DNA of 64,000 bases from a virus: positions 22,066 to 86,065 of the IMG/VR virus record IMGVR_UViG_3300021599_001992; one strand, written 5' to 3'. Below the pieces are notes generated by a model. That model was not told the origin of the DNA, searched no databases, and saw only the letters and a list, made by a program, of their open reading frames with translations. Shown in pieces: positions 30,751-40,841 of the stretch. Numbering within the stretch: position 1 is the stretch's first letter; each line of letters opens with the position of its first letter. A program made the translations under genes and the position numbers.

Positions 30751-31105
30751 CGTAAATTTACTATTAGGGTTACACGCTCAATTAAAAGTATTTCATTGGC
30801 AAACTAAAGGTTTTGCGAGACATGAAGCATTTGCAGATATTAGATCAACTATTGAAGATTTAATGGATGAATTTATTGAACAAGCTATGGGTCAATACGG
30901 AAGATTTGTTTTGGATGATGAAACAAAAGTTATAAACTTAATTAACTTATCCGAGGCTAAACCATCTCAAATGGCTGAAACCATATGTGGTGCTTTAGTT
31001 CAATTAACAGATCAAATAGATCCTAAGGATACCAATCTTTTAAATTTAAGAGATGAGTTATTAGGTGCAGTTCAAAAATTAAAATATCTATTAACCTTAG
31101 AGTAA
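30734..31105 (+). CDS. Ferritin/Dps-like four-helix protein (DUF5856-like)
   Basis: FHWQTKGFARHEAF...DEFIE...DLLNLRDE-like...KYLLTLE. Confidence 0.75.
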   Translation: MNLNSNVNLLLGLHAQLKVFHWQTKGFARHEAFADIRSTIEDLMDEFIEQAMGQYGRFVLDDETKVINLINLSEAKPSQMAETICGALVQLTDQIDPKDTNLLNLRDELLGAVQKLKYLLTLE

Positions 31106-31126
31106 AAATATTTTTAAAAAATTTGT

Positions 31127-31155
31127 AACCCGGAATTTTCTTTCCGGGTTTTTTT
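31127..31155 (+). terminator. Intrinsic terminator
   Basis: AACCCGGAA-TTTTCT-TTCCGGGTT followed by a T-run. Confidence 0.8.
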
Positions 31156-31201
31156 ATGTATATTATATCTATAACTTATTATTAATTTAAATTTCAATTT
31201 T

Positions 31202-32047
31202 ATGTCAACATTTGATGCAGTACTTGCACAGTACGAGAAAAACAAACAATCCGCAAGCGGTAACGGAAACAAAGTTTCGCAAGAAGACAGAATGAAAAAG
31301 TATTTCACTACTGTTCTTCCTAAAGGTTCTAAAGGTGAAGAAAGACGAATTCGTATTCTTCCTACTACAGATGGTTCCTCACCATTTAAAGAGGTTTATT
31401 TCCATGAAATTCAAGTGGACGGTAAATGGGTAAAATTATATGACCCAAAACAAGAAGGAAAACGTTCACCATTGAACGAGGTTAAAGAAAGTCTTGAAAT
31501 GACAGGAGTTCAGTCAGATAAAGAACTCGCTCGTCAATATCGTTCTCGTAAATTTTACATTGTAAAAGTGATTGATCGTGATCACGAACAAGATGGAGTT
31601 AAATTTTGGAGATTTAAACATAATGCAAAACAAGACGGTGTTTTGGATAAAATTTTTCCAATCTTTCAAAAGAAAGGGGATATTACGGATCCAACAAAAG
31701 GTCGTGATTTAACATTATTTTTAACTCTTACAAAATCAGGAACAGGTAAAGAGTATACTACAATCAATTCAATTATTCCTGAAGATTCTTCACCATTACA
31801 TGAAGACAAATCAACTTCAGATTCATGGTTAAATGATGAATTGGTTTGGTCTGATGTATATTCTAAAAAACCCGAAGAGTATCTTGATATGGTAGCAAAA
31901 GGTGAAGTTCCTCGTTGGGATTCAGATAGTAAAAAATGGGTCTCTAATTCACAATCAGAGGAGACTATGGGAAACACAACAGTAAAGACGACAACAATTG
32001 AAGATCCACAAGAAGATTCAGAAGTTGATGACGATTTACCGTTCTAA
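31202..32047 (+). CDS. Single-stranded DNA-binding protein (gp32-like)
   Basis: RIRILP, FKEVYFH, DITDPTKGRDL, acidic tail ending DDDLPF; first gene of the replication cluster. Confidence 0.85.
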   Translation: MSTFDAVLAQYEKNKQSASGNGNKVSQEDRMKKYFTTVLPKGSKGEERRIRILPTTDGSSPFKEVYFHEIQVDGKWVKLYDPKQEGKRSPLNEVKESLEMTGVQSDKELARQYRSRKFYIVKVIDRDHEQDGVKFWRFKHNAKQDGVLDKIFPIFQKKGDITDPTKGRDLTLFLTLTKSGTGKEYTTINSIIPEDSSPLHEDKSTSDSWLNDELVWSDVYSKKPEEYLDMVAKGEVPRWDSDSKKWVSNSQSEETMGNTTVKTTTIEDPQEDSEVDDDLPF

Positions 32048-32053
32048 TTAATC

Positions 32054-32094
32054 AAGGACACTTTCAAGGACATATTGTCTTCGAGAGTGTCCTT
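32054..32094 (+). promoter_or_regulatory. Long intergenic hairpin between SSB and UvsX genes
   Basis: AAGGACAC...GTGTCCTT outer stem and an inner stem with G-U pairs; only a short T-run follows. Confidence 0.5.
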
Positions 32095-32108
32095 TAAATT
32101 TTAAAAAT

Positions 32109-33083
32109 ATGGCAATTAAGAAAAACGATTTTAGTTCAATAAAGAAAAAATTTTCAAAGGAGGCGGAGTATAAACCTGATCGTTTCTTTGATTTAGGTGA
32201 TGCGTTTTTGGACGCAACAGGTATACCGGGTCCCGCTGTTGGACATTTAAATATGTTTTTGGGGCATAGTGATACAGGTAAAACTACTGCACTTGTAAAG
32301 GCGGCAGTAGACGCACAAAAAAAAGGTATTTTACCCGTGTTCATTATTACTGAACAAAAATGGAATTGGGACCACGCAGTTTTAATGGGTTTCAATAAGG
32401 AAGACGATTTCTATCTATTCAATAGTGATTTTGAATATATTGAACAGATTACAGATTTTATTAATGAAGTATTGGATGCACAAGAAAAAGGTGAAATCCC
32501 ACACGACATTCTTTTCTTATGGGATTCAGTTGGTTCTGTTCCTTGTAAGATGACATATGACGGCAAAGGTGGTAAACAACACAACGCATCTGTATTAGCT
32601 GATAAAATAGGTATGGGTCTAAACCAAAGAATCTCTGGTTCAAGACGTGTCGATAAAAAACATACAAACACATTGATCATTGTTAACCAACCTTGGGTAG
32701 AATTACCTGATAATCCTTTTGGACAACCAAAGATTAAGGCAAAAGGTGGAGAGGCAATTTGGTTAAACTCAACTCTTGTATTTTTATTCGGTAATCAAAA
32801 GGGTGCAGGAACAACAAAAATCTCAATCACGAAAGATAAGAGAAAAGTCAAGATTGCAACAAGAACAAAAATTTCAATAATGAAAAACCACGTAAATGGT
32901 TTGGGTTATGAAGATGGAAGAATTCTTGTTACAGCACATGACTTTATGAAAGGTAGAGATGATGTTGAAGAAAAGAAAAGCATTGAACTTTACAAATCAG
33001 AACACGGAGATTATATTAGTAAAATGTTAGGCGTTAATGTTACAGACGCAGAAGATATTGAAGTTGTAACTGAGGATGAATAA
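32109..33083 (+). CDS. uvsX: RecA/UvsX-like recombinase
   Basis: Walker A GHSDTGKT, Walker B FLWDSVG, IIVNQ, KGGEAI, KNHV. Confidence 0.9.
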   Translation: MAIKKNDFSSIKKKFSKEAEYKPDRFFDLGDAFLDATGIPGPAVGHLNMFLGHSDTGKTTALVKAAVDAQKKGILPVFIITEQKWNWDHAVLMGFNKEDDFYLFNSDFEYIEQITDFINEVLDAQEKGEIPHDILFLWDSVGSVPCKMTYDGKGGKQHNASVLADKIGMGLNQRISGSRRVDKKHTNTLIIVNQPWVELPDNPFGQPKIKAKGGEAIWLNSTLVFLFGNQKGAGTTKISITKDKRKVKIATRTKISIMKNHVNGLGYEDGRILVTAHDFMKGRDDVEEKKSIELYKSEHGDYISKMLGVNVTDAEDIEVVTEDE

Positions 33084-33099
33084 TTTATAATAAACATTA

Positions 33100-34119
33100 A
33101 TGTCCGTTTTATTAGTTGATGGAGATAATTTACTTACGATTGGTTTCTATGGTCTCAAAAACCATTTTTACAAGGGAAAACATATTGGAGCAATATATCA
33201 TTTTATTAATACTCTTCGTAGAGCGTTTGAGACATACCATTTAGATAAAATAGTTGTTTTTTGGGATGGAGAAGAAGGTTCTCAAACAAGGAAACAAATC
33301 TATCATCTATATAAAGAAAATAGAAGATCTCGTTTAAGAACTGAAGAAGAAGTTAATTCATATCAGTATCAAAGACAAAGAGTAAAACAGTACTTAGAAG
33401 AACTATTTGTTAGACAAGGTGAGTTTCAATATTGTGAAACGGACGATTGTATTGCTTATTATGTACAAAATTCATTATCAGAATACAAAATAATATATTC
33501 TGCGGACGGAGACCTTACTCAATTGGTTTCTGAATCAACACAAATATTCAATCCAAGTCATCAAAAATTATATAAACATCATGATAAAATTATGTATGAT
33601 CATGAAGAAATATGTATTGAGAATGTGAAGATTGTTAAGATGTTGTGTGGTGACCCATCTGATAATATTTCAGGAATAAAAAACATGGGTATCAAGAGAT
33701 TAATATCATTGTTTCCTGAAATAAAAGATAAACCAATTAGTTTAAATGATATAAAAGAAAAAACTAATATATTATTTGAACAGGATAAAAATAATTGGTT
33801 GATTAAAAATTTACTTACGGGTGTAACTAAACACGGAGTATTTGGAGATGAATTCTTTTATGTAAACAATAAGATTGTAAGTTTAGATGAACCATTTTTA
33901 ACTGATGATGCTAAAGAAAATATACATGCATTGATTAATGACAACTTAGATCAAGAAGGGAGGTCATATAAAAACGCAATGAAAATGATGAGTGAAGACG
34001 GGTTATTTCAAATACTACCCAAATCAGATGACGCATTTATAAATTTTTTTAATCCATTTTTAAGATTAACAAGAAAAGAAAAAAATAAAAAACCAATTAA
34101 AATCAAAAACAATGACTAA
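33100..34119 (+). CDS. 5'-3' exonuclease / RNase H (T4 Rnh, PolI N-terminal-like)
   Basis: LLVDGDN, YKENR, ETDDCIA, SADGDLTQL, GDPSDNISGI. Confidence 0.92.
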   Translation: MSVLLVDGDNLLTIGFYGLKNHFYKGKHIGAIYHFINTLRRAFETYHLDKIVVFWDGEEGSQTRKQIYHLYKENRRSRLRTEEEVNSYQYQRQRVKQYLEELFVRQGEFQYCETDDCIAYYVQNSLSEYKIIYSADGDLTQLVSESTQIFNPSHQKLYKHHDKIMYDHEEICIENVKIVKMLCGDPSDNISGIKNMGIKRLISLFPEIKDKPISLNDIKEKTNILFEQDKNNWLIKNLLTGVTKHGVFGDEFFYVNNKIVSLDEPFLTDDAKENIHALINDNLDQEGRSYKNAMKMMSEDGLFQILPKSDDAFINFFNPFLRLTRKEKNKKPIKIKNND

Positions 34120-34558
34120 TCAAGAAAACGTAACAAAATTCGAATTTTTACTGACACTCGAAAACAACATTGTGTGTCAAAGATTCTTTAATGTTAAAGA
34201 CCACGAACCTCGTTCAAGACGATCTATGGATCTTCACTATTATGTAAAAAATATTTGTGAAGAAATTTCGGAAGATTTGAAAATAAAAAGTTCCAATTAC
34301 CTATGTGAAAATCAAAATTTTTTCCTAAATTCTGAAGTTGTGGAAGAATCAAAAGCAACTGAAAAAGAACATTTTTTATTGGAAATTAAGCTTGGTGACG
34401 ACGTATTTATTCAAAGAATATTCCCCGCGTATTATTACCACCCAAAGGTTAGGTACACGGTAGATATTCGTCCAAAACTGAAGAGAGTACTGTCAGATTT
34501 GACTGACATTTTATCATCTGAGGAATTGGAGACAAGTTATTTGCAATACGAACTGTAA
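34112..34558 (+). CDS. Hypothetical protein in replication cluster
   Basis: 148-aa ORF overlapping the exonuclease stop. Confidence 0.6.
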   Translation: MTNQENVTKFEFLLTLENNIVCQRFFNVKDHEPRSRRSMDLHYYVKNICEEISEDLKIKSSNYLCENQNFFLNSEVVEESKATEKEHFLLEIKLGDDVFIQRIFPAYYYHPKVRYTVDIRPKLKRVLSDLTDILSSEELETSYLQYEL

Positions 34559-34576
34559 AATATATATAAATTTATT

Positions 34577-35944
34577 ATGGAAGAAAAGAATTTTGGTTAC
34601 TTAGGATTATCATTTCAACAATCGTTAATTAAATCTATCGTAGAAGATAAGAAATACGGCGAAACTATTATAGACGTATTAGATAGTAAGTATTTTGATA
34701 ATGTATCCTTAAGATTCATAATGGAAAATATTAAGGAATTGTATAGAACATATAATTTTATTCCTGATTACAGTACCATTACACAAAAAATTATCGCAGA
34801 AGGTGGTAATAATAGAATTCATACTGATACATTAGATGTAATTAGAAAAGATGAAAAAGAGGTTCCATACGTAAAAGACACTGCTTTAAATTTTTGTAAA
34901 CAACAAAATCTGAAAAGGGAACTTAAGATTGTTGAAAATATCATTCAGAATGGTGAGTTTGAATCTTATAGTAAGATAGAAGAAATCATAAAAAAGGCGT
35001 TACAAGTTGGAATTACAAACGAAGAGGCAGTTGATGTTTTCCATAATATTGATGAGGCTCTTGAAAAAGACAATAGACATCCCATTCCTACAGGAATTGT
35101 AGGTGTTGACAATTTATTGAATGGTGGATTAGGAAGAGGTGAATTGGGTGTTGTTTTGGCTCCAACAGGCACAGGTAAAACAACCTTGTTAACAAAATTT
35201 GCCAATACTGCTTTTAATCACGATTTCAATGTTGTACAAATATTTTTTGAAGACAACCCAGGTAATATAAAAAGAAAACACTACACCATATGGTCAGGTG
35301 TTGCTCCAGATTTACAACCTGAATTCAAAGAGGATGTAAAATCAAAAGTAGACGATGCACAAACAAGATCTAAAGGGTCAATCAAATTATTAAAATTACC
35401 ATCTGATAATATTACTATTTCAGAAATAAAAAGTAGATTGAGAAAATTGATCAGTGATGGTTTTAAAGTTGATTTATTGATCATAGACTATGTGGATTGT
35501 ATATCACCTGAAAGAACCGCATTAGGTGAAGAATGGAAGGGAGAAGGGTCTATCATGAGAAGTTTAGAGTCTATGACTGGTGAGTTCGATATTGCTATTT
35601 GGACAGCAACACAAGGTAATAGAGAATCAATATCATCTGAAGTTGTAAATAGTGACCAGATGGGAGGATCAATTAAAAAGGCACAAATTGCACACGTAAT
35701 ACTTTCTATAGCTAAAACATTAGAACAAAAAGAAAATAATTTGGCAACTTTAACACTTCTTAAATCTCGTATAGGTAGAGATGGTGTAATATTCCAAAAT
35801 TGTAAATTCAACAATGAACTATTGGTAATTGATACCGATTCACAAAATACTCTTCTCGGATTTGAGCAAGAGCAAGTTCAGAAAAGATCAAATAGAGCGG
35901 CAGAAGTCTATAGAAACAGACAACAAAGAGTTAATAATAATTAA
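34577..35944 (+). CDS. Replicative DnaB-like helicase (gp41-like)
   Basis: GGLGRGEL..APTGTGKT, IIDYVD, WTATQGNR, LLKSRIG. Confidence 0.93.
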   Translation: MEEKNFGYLGLSFQQSLIKSIVEDKKYGETIIDVLDSKYFDNVSLRFIMENIKELYRTYNFIPDYSTITQKIIAEGGNNRIHTDTLDVIRKDEKEVPYVKDTALNFCKQQNLKRELKIVENIIQNGEFESYSKIEEIIKKALQVGITNEEAVDVFHNIDEALEKDNRHPIPTGIVGVDNLLNGGLGRGELGVVLAPTGTGKTTLLTKFANTAFNHDFNVVQIFFEDNPGNIKRKHYTIWSGVAPDLQPEFKEDVKSKVDDAQTRSKGSIKLLKLPSDNITISEIKSRLRKLISDGFKVDLLIIDYVDCISPERTALGEEWKGEGSIMRSLESMTGEFDIAIWTATQGNRESISSEVVNSDQMGGSIKKAQIAHVILSIAKTLEQKENNLATLTLLKSRIGRDGVIFQNCKFNNELLVIDTDSQNTLLGFEQEQVQKRSNRAAEVYRNRQQRVNNN

Positions 35945-35961
35945 AAAATAAAATAAACAAA

Positions 35962-38223
35962 ATGCAGAAAGGTAAAAAATTTTTGAGCGACTTAAAATTA
36001 CATTCCGACTATTTCAAATGGATGGAGGATAAAAGTAGATACGAAACATGGGAAGAAGCATGTGAAAACATAATTGATGGACACAGAAAGAAATATGTGA
36101 AATATTCAAAAGAAATTGAATCATATTTACAATCTGCGGTAGAAAGTATGAAAGACCAAGTAGTTTTGGCATCACAAAGAAATCTACAGTATAGACATGA
36201 ACAGATTATGAAACATAATACAAGAATGTTTAACTGTACATCAGGACACATTGCACGTAATAGAGTATTCCAAGAAATTTTTTATTTGGCACTTAGTGGA
36301 TGTGGTTTTGGTGGAGGTCTTTTAATTCCATTTGTTAATAATCTCAGTAGATTACATAAAAGAACAAAAGGAACAAAAACATTCGTAATTCAAGATAGTA
36401 TCGAAGGATGGGCAGATTCACTTGGAGTTTTAATGTCATCTTATTTTGTTGATGATCAACCATTTCCTGAATATGCTGGATATGAAGTAAGATTTGATTA
36501 TTCTCAAATTAGAGAAAAAGGATCATTCATTAGTGGGGGTTTTAAAGCACCAGGACATGAGGGATTGAAACAATCATTAGAAAAAATTGAAACTTTAATT
36601 GAAAAGTGGATAGTAAATGAAGGTGATAAAATTAGACCGATTTTAGCGTTTGATATTATTTGTCATTCAGCTGATGCGGTATTATCAGGTGGTGTTAGAC
36701 GTTCGGCACTTAATATGATTGTCGACCCTAATGACGATGAAATGATTCATGCAAAAACAGGTAACTGGTTTATTGAGAATCCACAAAGAGGTAGAAGTAA
36801 CAACTCTGTATTATTATTGAGAAGTGAAGTAACTAAAGATCAGTTTGAATACTTGGTTAAATTAAACGATGGTGCAAATGATATTGGATTTGTTTTTGCA
36901 AACAGTTGGTTTGATATGTTTAATCCTTGTTTTGAAATTTTGAAGATTCCTGTATTAGATAATATCGACTTCTCAAAAATTCACTATGATGATATTGAAG
37001 AATATGTAAAGACAAATAAAAATAAGTTCGGTATTCAAGGATGTAATCTTAGTGAAATTAATGCCGAAAAGTGTACAACAAAAGACAAATTTTTGAAGGC
37101 ATGTAAAGATGCATCGATTTTAGGTACATTACAAGCGGGATATACAGATTTTCCTTATTTAGGTGAAACCTCAAAAAAGATTTTTGAAAGAGAGGCATTA
37201 CTTGGCGTTAGTATCACAGGTTGGATGAATAACCCTAAGTTATTTAACGCAGAATTATTAGAAGAAGGTGCTCAAGTTGTAAAAGACACAAATAAAGAAC
37301 TCGCATTTTTAATTGATATCAATCAAGCAGCAAGAACCACTTGTGTAAAACCATCAGGTAACGCTTCAGTTGTTTTAGGTACCGCTTCAGGTATTCATCC
37401 TGAACACTCTGAAAAATATTTCCGTATCATGCAATTGAACAAGGAGAGTAACACGGCTAAGTGGTTAGAAGAGAATATGTCATTTTTATTAGAAGACAGT
37501 GTTTGGTCATCTACCAAATCGGACTATGTTGTTTTCGTACCTGTAGAAAATCCAAAAAATGGATTGTTTAAAAAAGATATGAAAGGGGTAAAACATCTTG
37601 AAATTATTAAACTGGTACAACAACATTGGGTAAATGCAGGCACTAACCCTGAATTATGTACATACTCACCTGTAAATCATAATACGTCTTGTACTGTTAT
37701 TATTGATGATAAGGATTCGATAATTGAGTACATATGGAGAGAAAGAGACTTCTTTACCGCAGTTAGTTTCATTTCTGATTACGGTGACAAAGATTTCAAC
37801 CAAGCACCTTTTACATCAGTTTTAAATCTTGATGAAATTGTTTCGGTATATGGTAAAGGATCAATACTTGCTTCAGGGTTGGTTGTTGATGGATTACACT
37901 ATTTTAATAATAATTTATGGTCCGCATGTGATCATCTATTAGATAGTTCCAATCCTATTACAGGTAATAGAGAACAAGTTCTATTGAAAAAATATTGGAT
38001 AGAAAGAGCTAAAAAGTTTGCTAAGAATTATTTCAAAGGTGACTTAAAGAAAATGGTATATTGTTTAAAAGACATCCATTTATTCCACAAGTGGGAAACT
38101 GTTACTCGTCAATTCAAAGAAGTGAATTTTGGTGAAATTTTAGATAAACCACAATACAAAGACATCAGTGATTTCGCTTCTATGGCTTGTAGTGGTGGAT
38201 CATGTGAGATTACTAAAATATGA
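35962..38223 (+). CDS. nrdJ: Ribonucleotide reductase, class II (monomeric NrdJ-like)
   Basis: MFNC, GGVRRSA, NPCFEI, GCNLSEIN, CVKPSGN, C-terminal CSGGSC; no beta subunit adjacent. Confidence 0.8.
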   Translation: MQKGKKFLSDLKLHSDYFKWMEDKSRYETWEEACENIIDGHRKKYVKYSKEIESYLQSAVESMKDQVVLASQRNLQYRHEQIMKHNTRMFNCTSGHIARNRVFQEIFYLALSGCGFGGGLLIPFVNNLSRLHKRTKGTKTFVIQDSIEGWADSLGVLMSSYFVDDQPFPEYAGYEVRFDYSQIREKGSFISGGFKAPGHEGLKQSLEKIETLIEKWIVNEGDKIRPILAFDIICHSADAVLSGGVRRSALNMIVDPNDDEMIHAKTGNWFIENPQRGRSNNSVLLLRSEVTKDQFEYLVKLNDGANDIGFVFANSWFDMFNPCFEILKIPVLDNIDFSKIHYDDIEEYVKTNKNKFGIQGCNLSEINAEKCTTKDKFLKACKDASILGTLQAGYTDFPYLGETSKKIFEREALLGVSITGWMNNPKLFNAELLEEGAQVVKDTNKELAFLIDINQAARTTCVKPSGNASVVLGTASGIHPEHSEKYFRIMQLNKESNTAKWLEENMSFLLEDSVWSSTKSDYVVFVPVENPKNGLFKKDMKGVKHLEIIKLVQQHWVNAGTNPELCTYSPVNHNTSCTVIIDDKDSIIEYIWRERDFFTAVSFISDYGDKDFNQAPFTSVLNLDEIVSVYGKGSILASGLVVDGLHYFNNNLWSACDHLLDSSNPITGNREQVLLKKYWIERAKKFAKNYFKGDLKKMVYCLKDIHLFHKWETVTRQFKEVNFGEILDKPQYKDISDFASMACSGGSCEITKI

Positions 38224-38420
38224 GTAAACTAATAGAAGGAATAGATTATGAAATTGAAAAGAAGTCGGGACTAATGATCCTGACTTCTTCTTTTTTAAGT
38301 AAAAGAGGTTATTGTTGTGGTAATAAATGTAAAAATTGTCCATATGAACCTAAAGGACTAAGAGGTAACAAAATATTAGGTAACCCCGACTCACTTAAGG
38401 ATCAGAATAAATCCACCTAA
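38220..38420 (+). CDS. Small Cys-rich protein (DUF5522-like)
   Basis: LSKRGYCCGNKCKNCPY. Confidence 0.75.
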   Translation: MSKLIEGIDYEIEKKSGLMILTSSFLSKRGYCCGNKCKNCPYEPKGLRGNKILGNPDSLKDQNKST

Positions 38421-38462
38421 GACTCGATAATATTTGGGGTGAATATCGAGTCACTATTTTAT
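38421..38462 (+). terminator. Hairpin/terminator ending the replication cluster
   Basis: GACTCGATA-N14-TATCGAGTC followed by an AT/T-rich tail. Confidence 0.5.
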
Positions 38463-38497
38463 TTATTACCATTTTTCTAATCTTTATATTTATTAAT

Positions 38498-38950
38498 ATG
38501 ATTAAAAAATTTGGTATTGATTTCCCATTTAGAGACAGCGTCAGGGGTGATTTTTTCTCTATGACAGAAACACCTGAAAGAGAAATCAGAGCCAATCTAA
38601 TACATTTATTATTAACGAGGAAAGGAAGTAGATATTTTTTACCTGAATTTGGAACAAGATTATATGAGTATATTTTTGATCAAAATGATATGGTAACACA
38701 TACTTTAATAGAAGAAGAAATTAGAGAGGGTGTTAAAAAATTTATACCAAACCTTGATATAAATTCTATAAACATAGTATCAGCAGATCAAGATCCTGAT
38801 GAAGATAGATTATATTCGGAGGATGAAGACCAAAGATTATTCAGAGTTTCGGATGCTTCAAATAAACCATATACAGCTAAAGTGAAAATAGATTATACCG
38901 TAAATAATGGTGCATTTTCATCTTCTGATTTCATAATTATTAATATATAA
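38498..38950 (+). CDS. Baseplate wedge protein gp25-like
   Basis: GIDFPF, NLIHLLLTRKGSRYFLPEFGTRLYEYIFD. Confidence 0.9.
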   Translation: MIKKFGIDFPFRDSVRGDFFSMTETPEREIRANLIHLLLTRKGSRYFLPEFGTRLYEYIFDQNDMVTHTLIEEEIREGVKKFIPNLDINSINIVSADQDPDEDRLYSEDEDQRLFRVSDASNKPYTAKVKIDYTVNNGAFSSSDFIIINI

Positions 38951-38951
38951 A

Positions 38952-40787
38952 ATGGCAAGTAAAAAAATATCATATTCGGTAAGGGATTTTGCAGGATTAA
39001 GACAAGAGTTAACAACACTCTTTAAAAATTATTATCCTGACTTGGTTAAAAATACAAATGATGCGTCAATTTTTTCTGTGATGCTTGATTTGAATGCTGC
39101 GGTTGCGGATAACTTACATCATCATATTGATAGAGTTTGGCAAGAAACAATGTTAGATTTCGCACAACAGAGACAATCTTTATTTCATATTGCTAAAACA
39201 TATGGAATAAGATTACCTGGTGTTAGACCATCTGTTGCATTATGTGATTTTTCAATAAGCGTTCCAGTTAAAGGAGATAAAGAAGATGAAAGTTATTTAG
39301 GTGTTTTAAAAGCAGGTGCACAAGTATCGGGGGGAGGACAAATATTTGAAACGATAGAAGATTGTGATTTCTCTAATCCATTTAATAGTAAAGGAGAACC
39401 AAATAGGTTGAAAATTCCAATATTCGATGCAAATAATAGATTACAATCATATAGAATCACTAAAAGAGAGGCTGTTGTTAATGGGGTTACAAGAATTTTT
39501 AGAAAAGTAATTACACAATTGGATCAGAAACCATTTTTAAAAATTTATTTACCTGAACAAAATGTTTTAGGTGTTACATCGGTTATACATAAAGAAGGAA
39601 CAACATTTGCTGGAAACCCAACATCAACAGAATTTGATAGTTCGGTTAATAAATGGTATGAAGTGAAATCTTTAATTGAAGATAGAGTCTTTATACAAGA
39701 CCCAACATCGGCATCAGACTCACAAAATTTAAAGGCTGGAAAGTTTATAAATGTTTCAAATAAGTTTATTACTGAATACACACCGGAAAATTATTTTCTA
39801 TTAACTTTTGGATCGGGTACGGTAAATCCTTTAGATAATTTAGACAATTACATCAATAACCAAATGAAAGTTAATATTGCAACTTATCTAAATAACTTTT
39901 CATTAGGTTCGGTTCCAAAAAATAATACAACATTGTTTATAAAATATAGAGTTGGTGGCGGTAAAGAAACTAACTTAGGTGTTAATGTTATTACAAATGT
40001 TGATGATGTTGAATTCAATGTAAATGGACCCAATTCAAGTATTAATACACAGGTTATTAATTCATTGACCGTAACAAATATCACACCGGCAGTGGGTGGT
40101 TCAGACCAACCTACCATAGAAGAAATAAGAAATATGGTGGCATATAACTTTGCGGCACAAAATAGGGCAGTTACATTAAATGATTATAAATCAATTATTG
40201 AAACTATGCCGGCAACATTCGGAGCACCAGCAAAAGTTAATGTAATGGAAGAAAATAATAAGATAAAAGTTAATCTATTATCTTATGACGATAAAGGTAA
40301 TTTAACAAATATTGTTTCTAACACATTGAAATCAAATATTTTAAATTATCTAACGGAATATAAAATGATAAACGATTTTATTGAAATTGTTAGTGGTCAA
40401 GTTATTGATTTAAGTTTGAATATTGATATTAATATTGATAGAAATTTTAATCAAACAGAAATTATACGAGAAACAATAGATACTGTAATTGATTATTTTT
40501 CAATAGATAAAAGAAAAATGGGAGACCCTCTTTTTGTAGGTAAACTAATGAGAGATATTGGAAATGTTACAGGTGTTGAAAACGTTATTGAAATTAAAGT
40601 ATTCAATAAAATAGGAGGTCAATATTCAACTGCACAAGTCATACAACCATACCTCGATCCTGCAACTAAAGAGATTAAACAAACTGATATGACAATAAGA
40701 ATGGCGTCTAATCAAATCTTCCAAATTCGTTTTCCTGAAAAAGATATCTCAGTAAGGGTAAGAACCGTAGAAAACAATACATTTTAA
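38952..40787 (+). CDS. Baseplate wedge protein gp6/baseplate J-like
   Basis: YSVRDFAGLR, AQQRQSLFHIAKTYG, YRVGGG, GGSDQPTIEEIR, QNRAVTLNDY. Confidence 0.9.
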   Translation: MASKKISYSVRDFAGLRQELTTLFKNYYPDLVKNTNDASIFSVMLDLNAAVADNLHHHIDRVWQETMLDFAQQRQSLFHIAKTYGIRLPGVRPSVALCDFSISVPVKGDKEDESYLGVLKAGAQVSGGGQIFETIEDCDFSNPFNSKGEPNRLKIPIFDANNRLQSYRITKREAVVNGVTRIFRKVITQLDQKPFLKIYLPEQNVLGVTSVIHKEGTTFAGNPTSTEFDSSVNKWYEVKSLIEDRVFIQDPTSASDSQNLKAGKFINVSNKFITEYTPENYFLLTFGSGTVNPLDNLDNYINNQMKVNIATYLNNFSLGSVPKNNTTLFIKYRVGGGKETNLGVNVITNVDDVEFNVNGPNSSINTQVINSLTVTNITPAVGGSDQPTIEEIRNMVAYNFAAQNRAVTLNDYKSIIETMPATFGAPAKVNVMEENNKIKVNLLSYDDKGNLTNIVSNTLKSNILNYLTEYKMINDFIEIVSGQVIDLSLNIDINIDRNFNQTEIIRETIDTVIDYFSIDKRKMGDPLFVGKLMRDIGNVTGVENVIEIKVFNKIGGQYSTAQVIQPYLDPATKEIKQTDMTIRMASNQIFQIRFPEKDISVRVRTVENNTF

Positions 40788-40841
40788 ATTCTTTTTTGAT
40801 TATAATAATAGAAAATTCCATCTTTTCTATTTATTATAAGA

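Noticed and set aside
3604-38223. Active inteins or introns in polymerase, helicases, UvsX or RNR
   Set aside because: Lengths and motif spacing are ordinary, and no C...HN-C/S/T splice junctions or LAGLIDADG motifs were seen.
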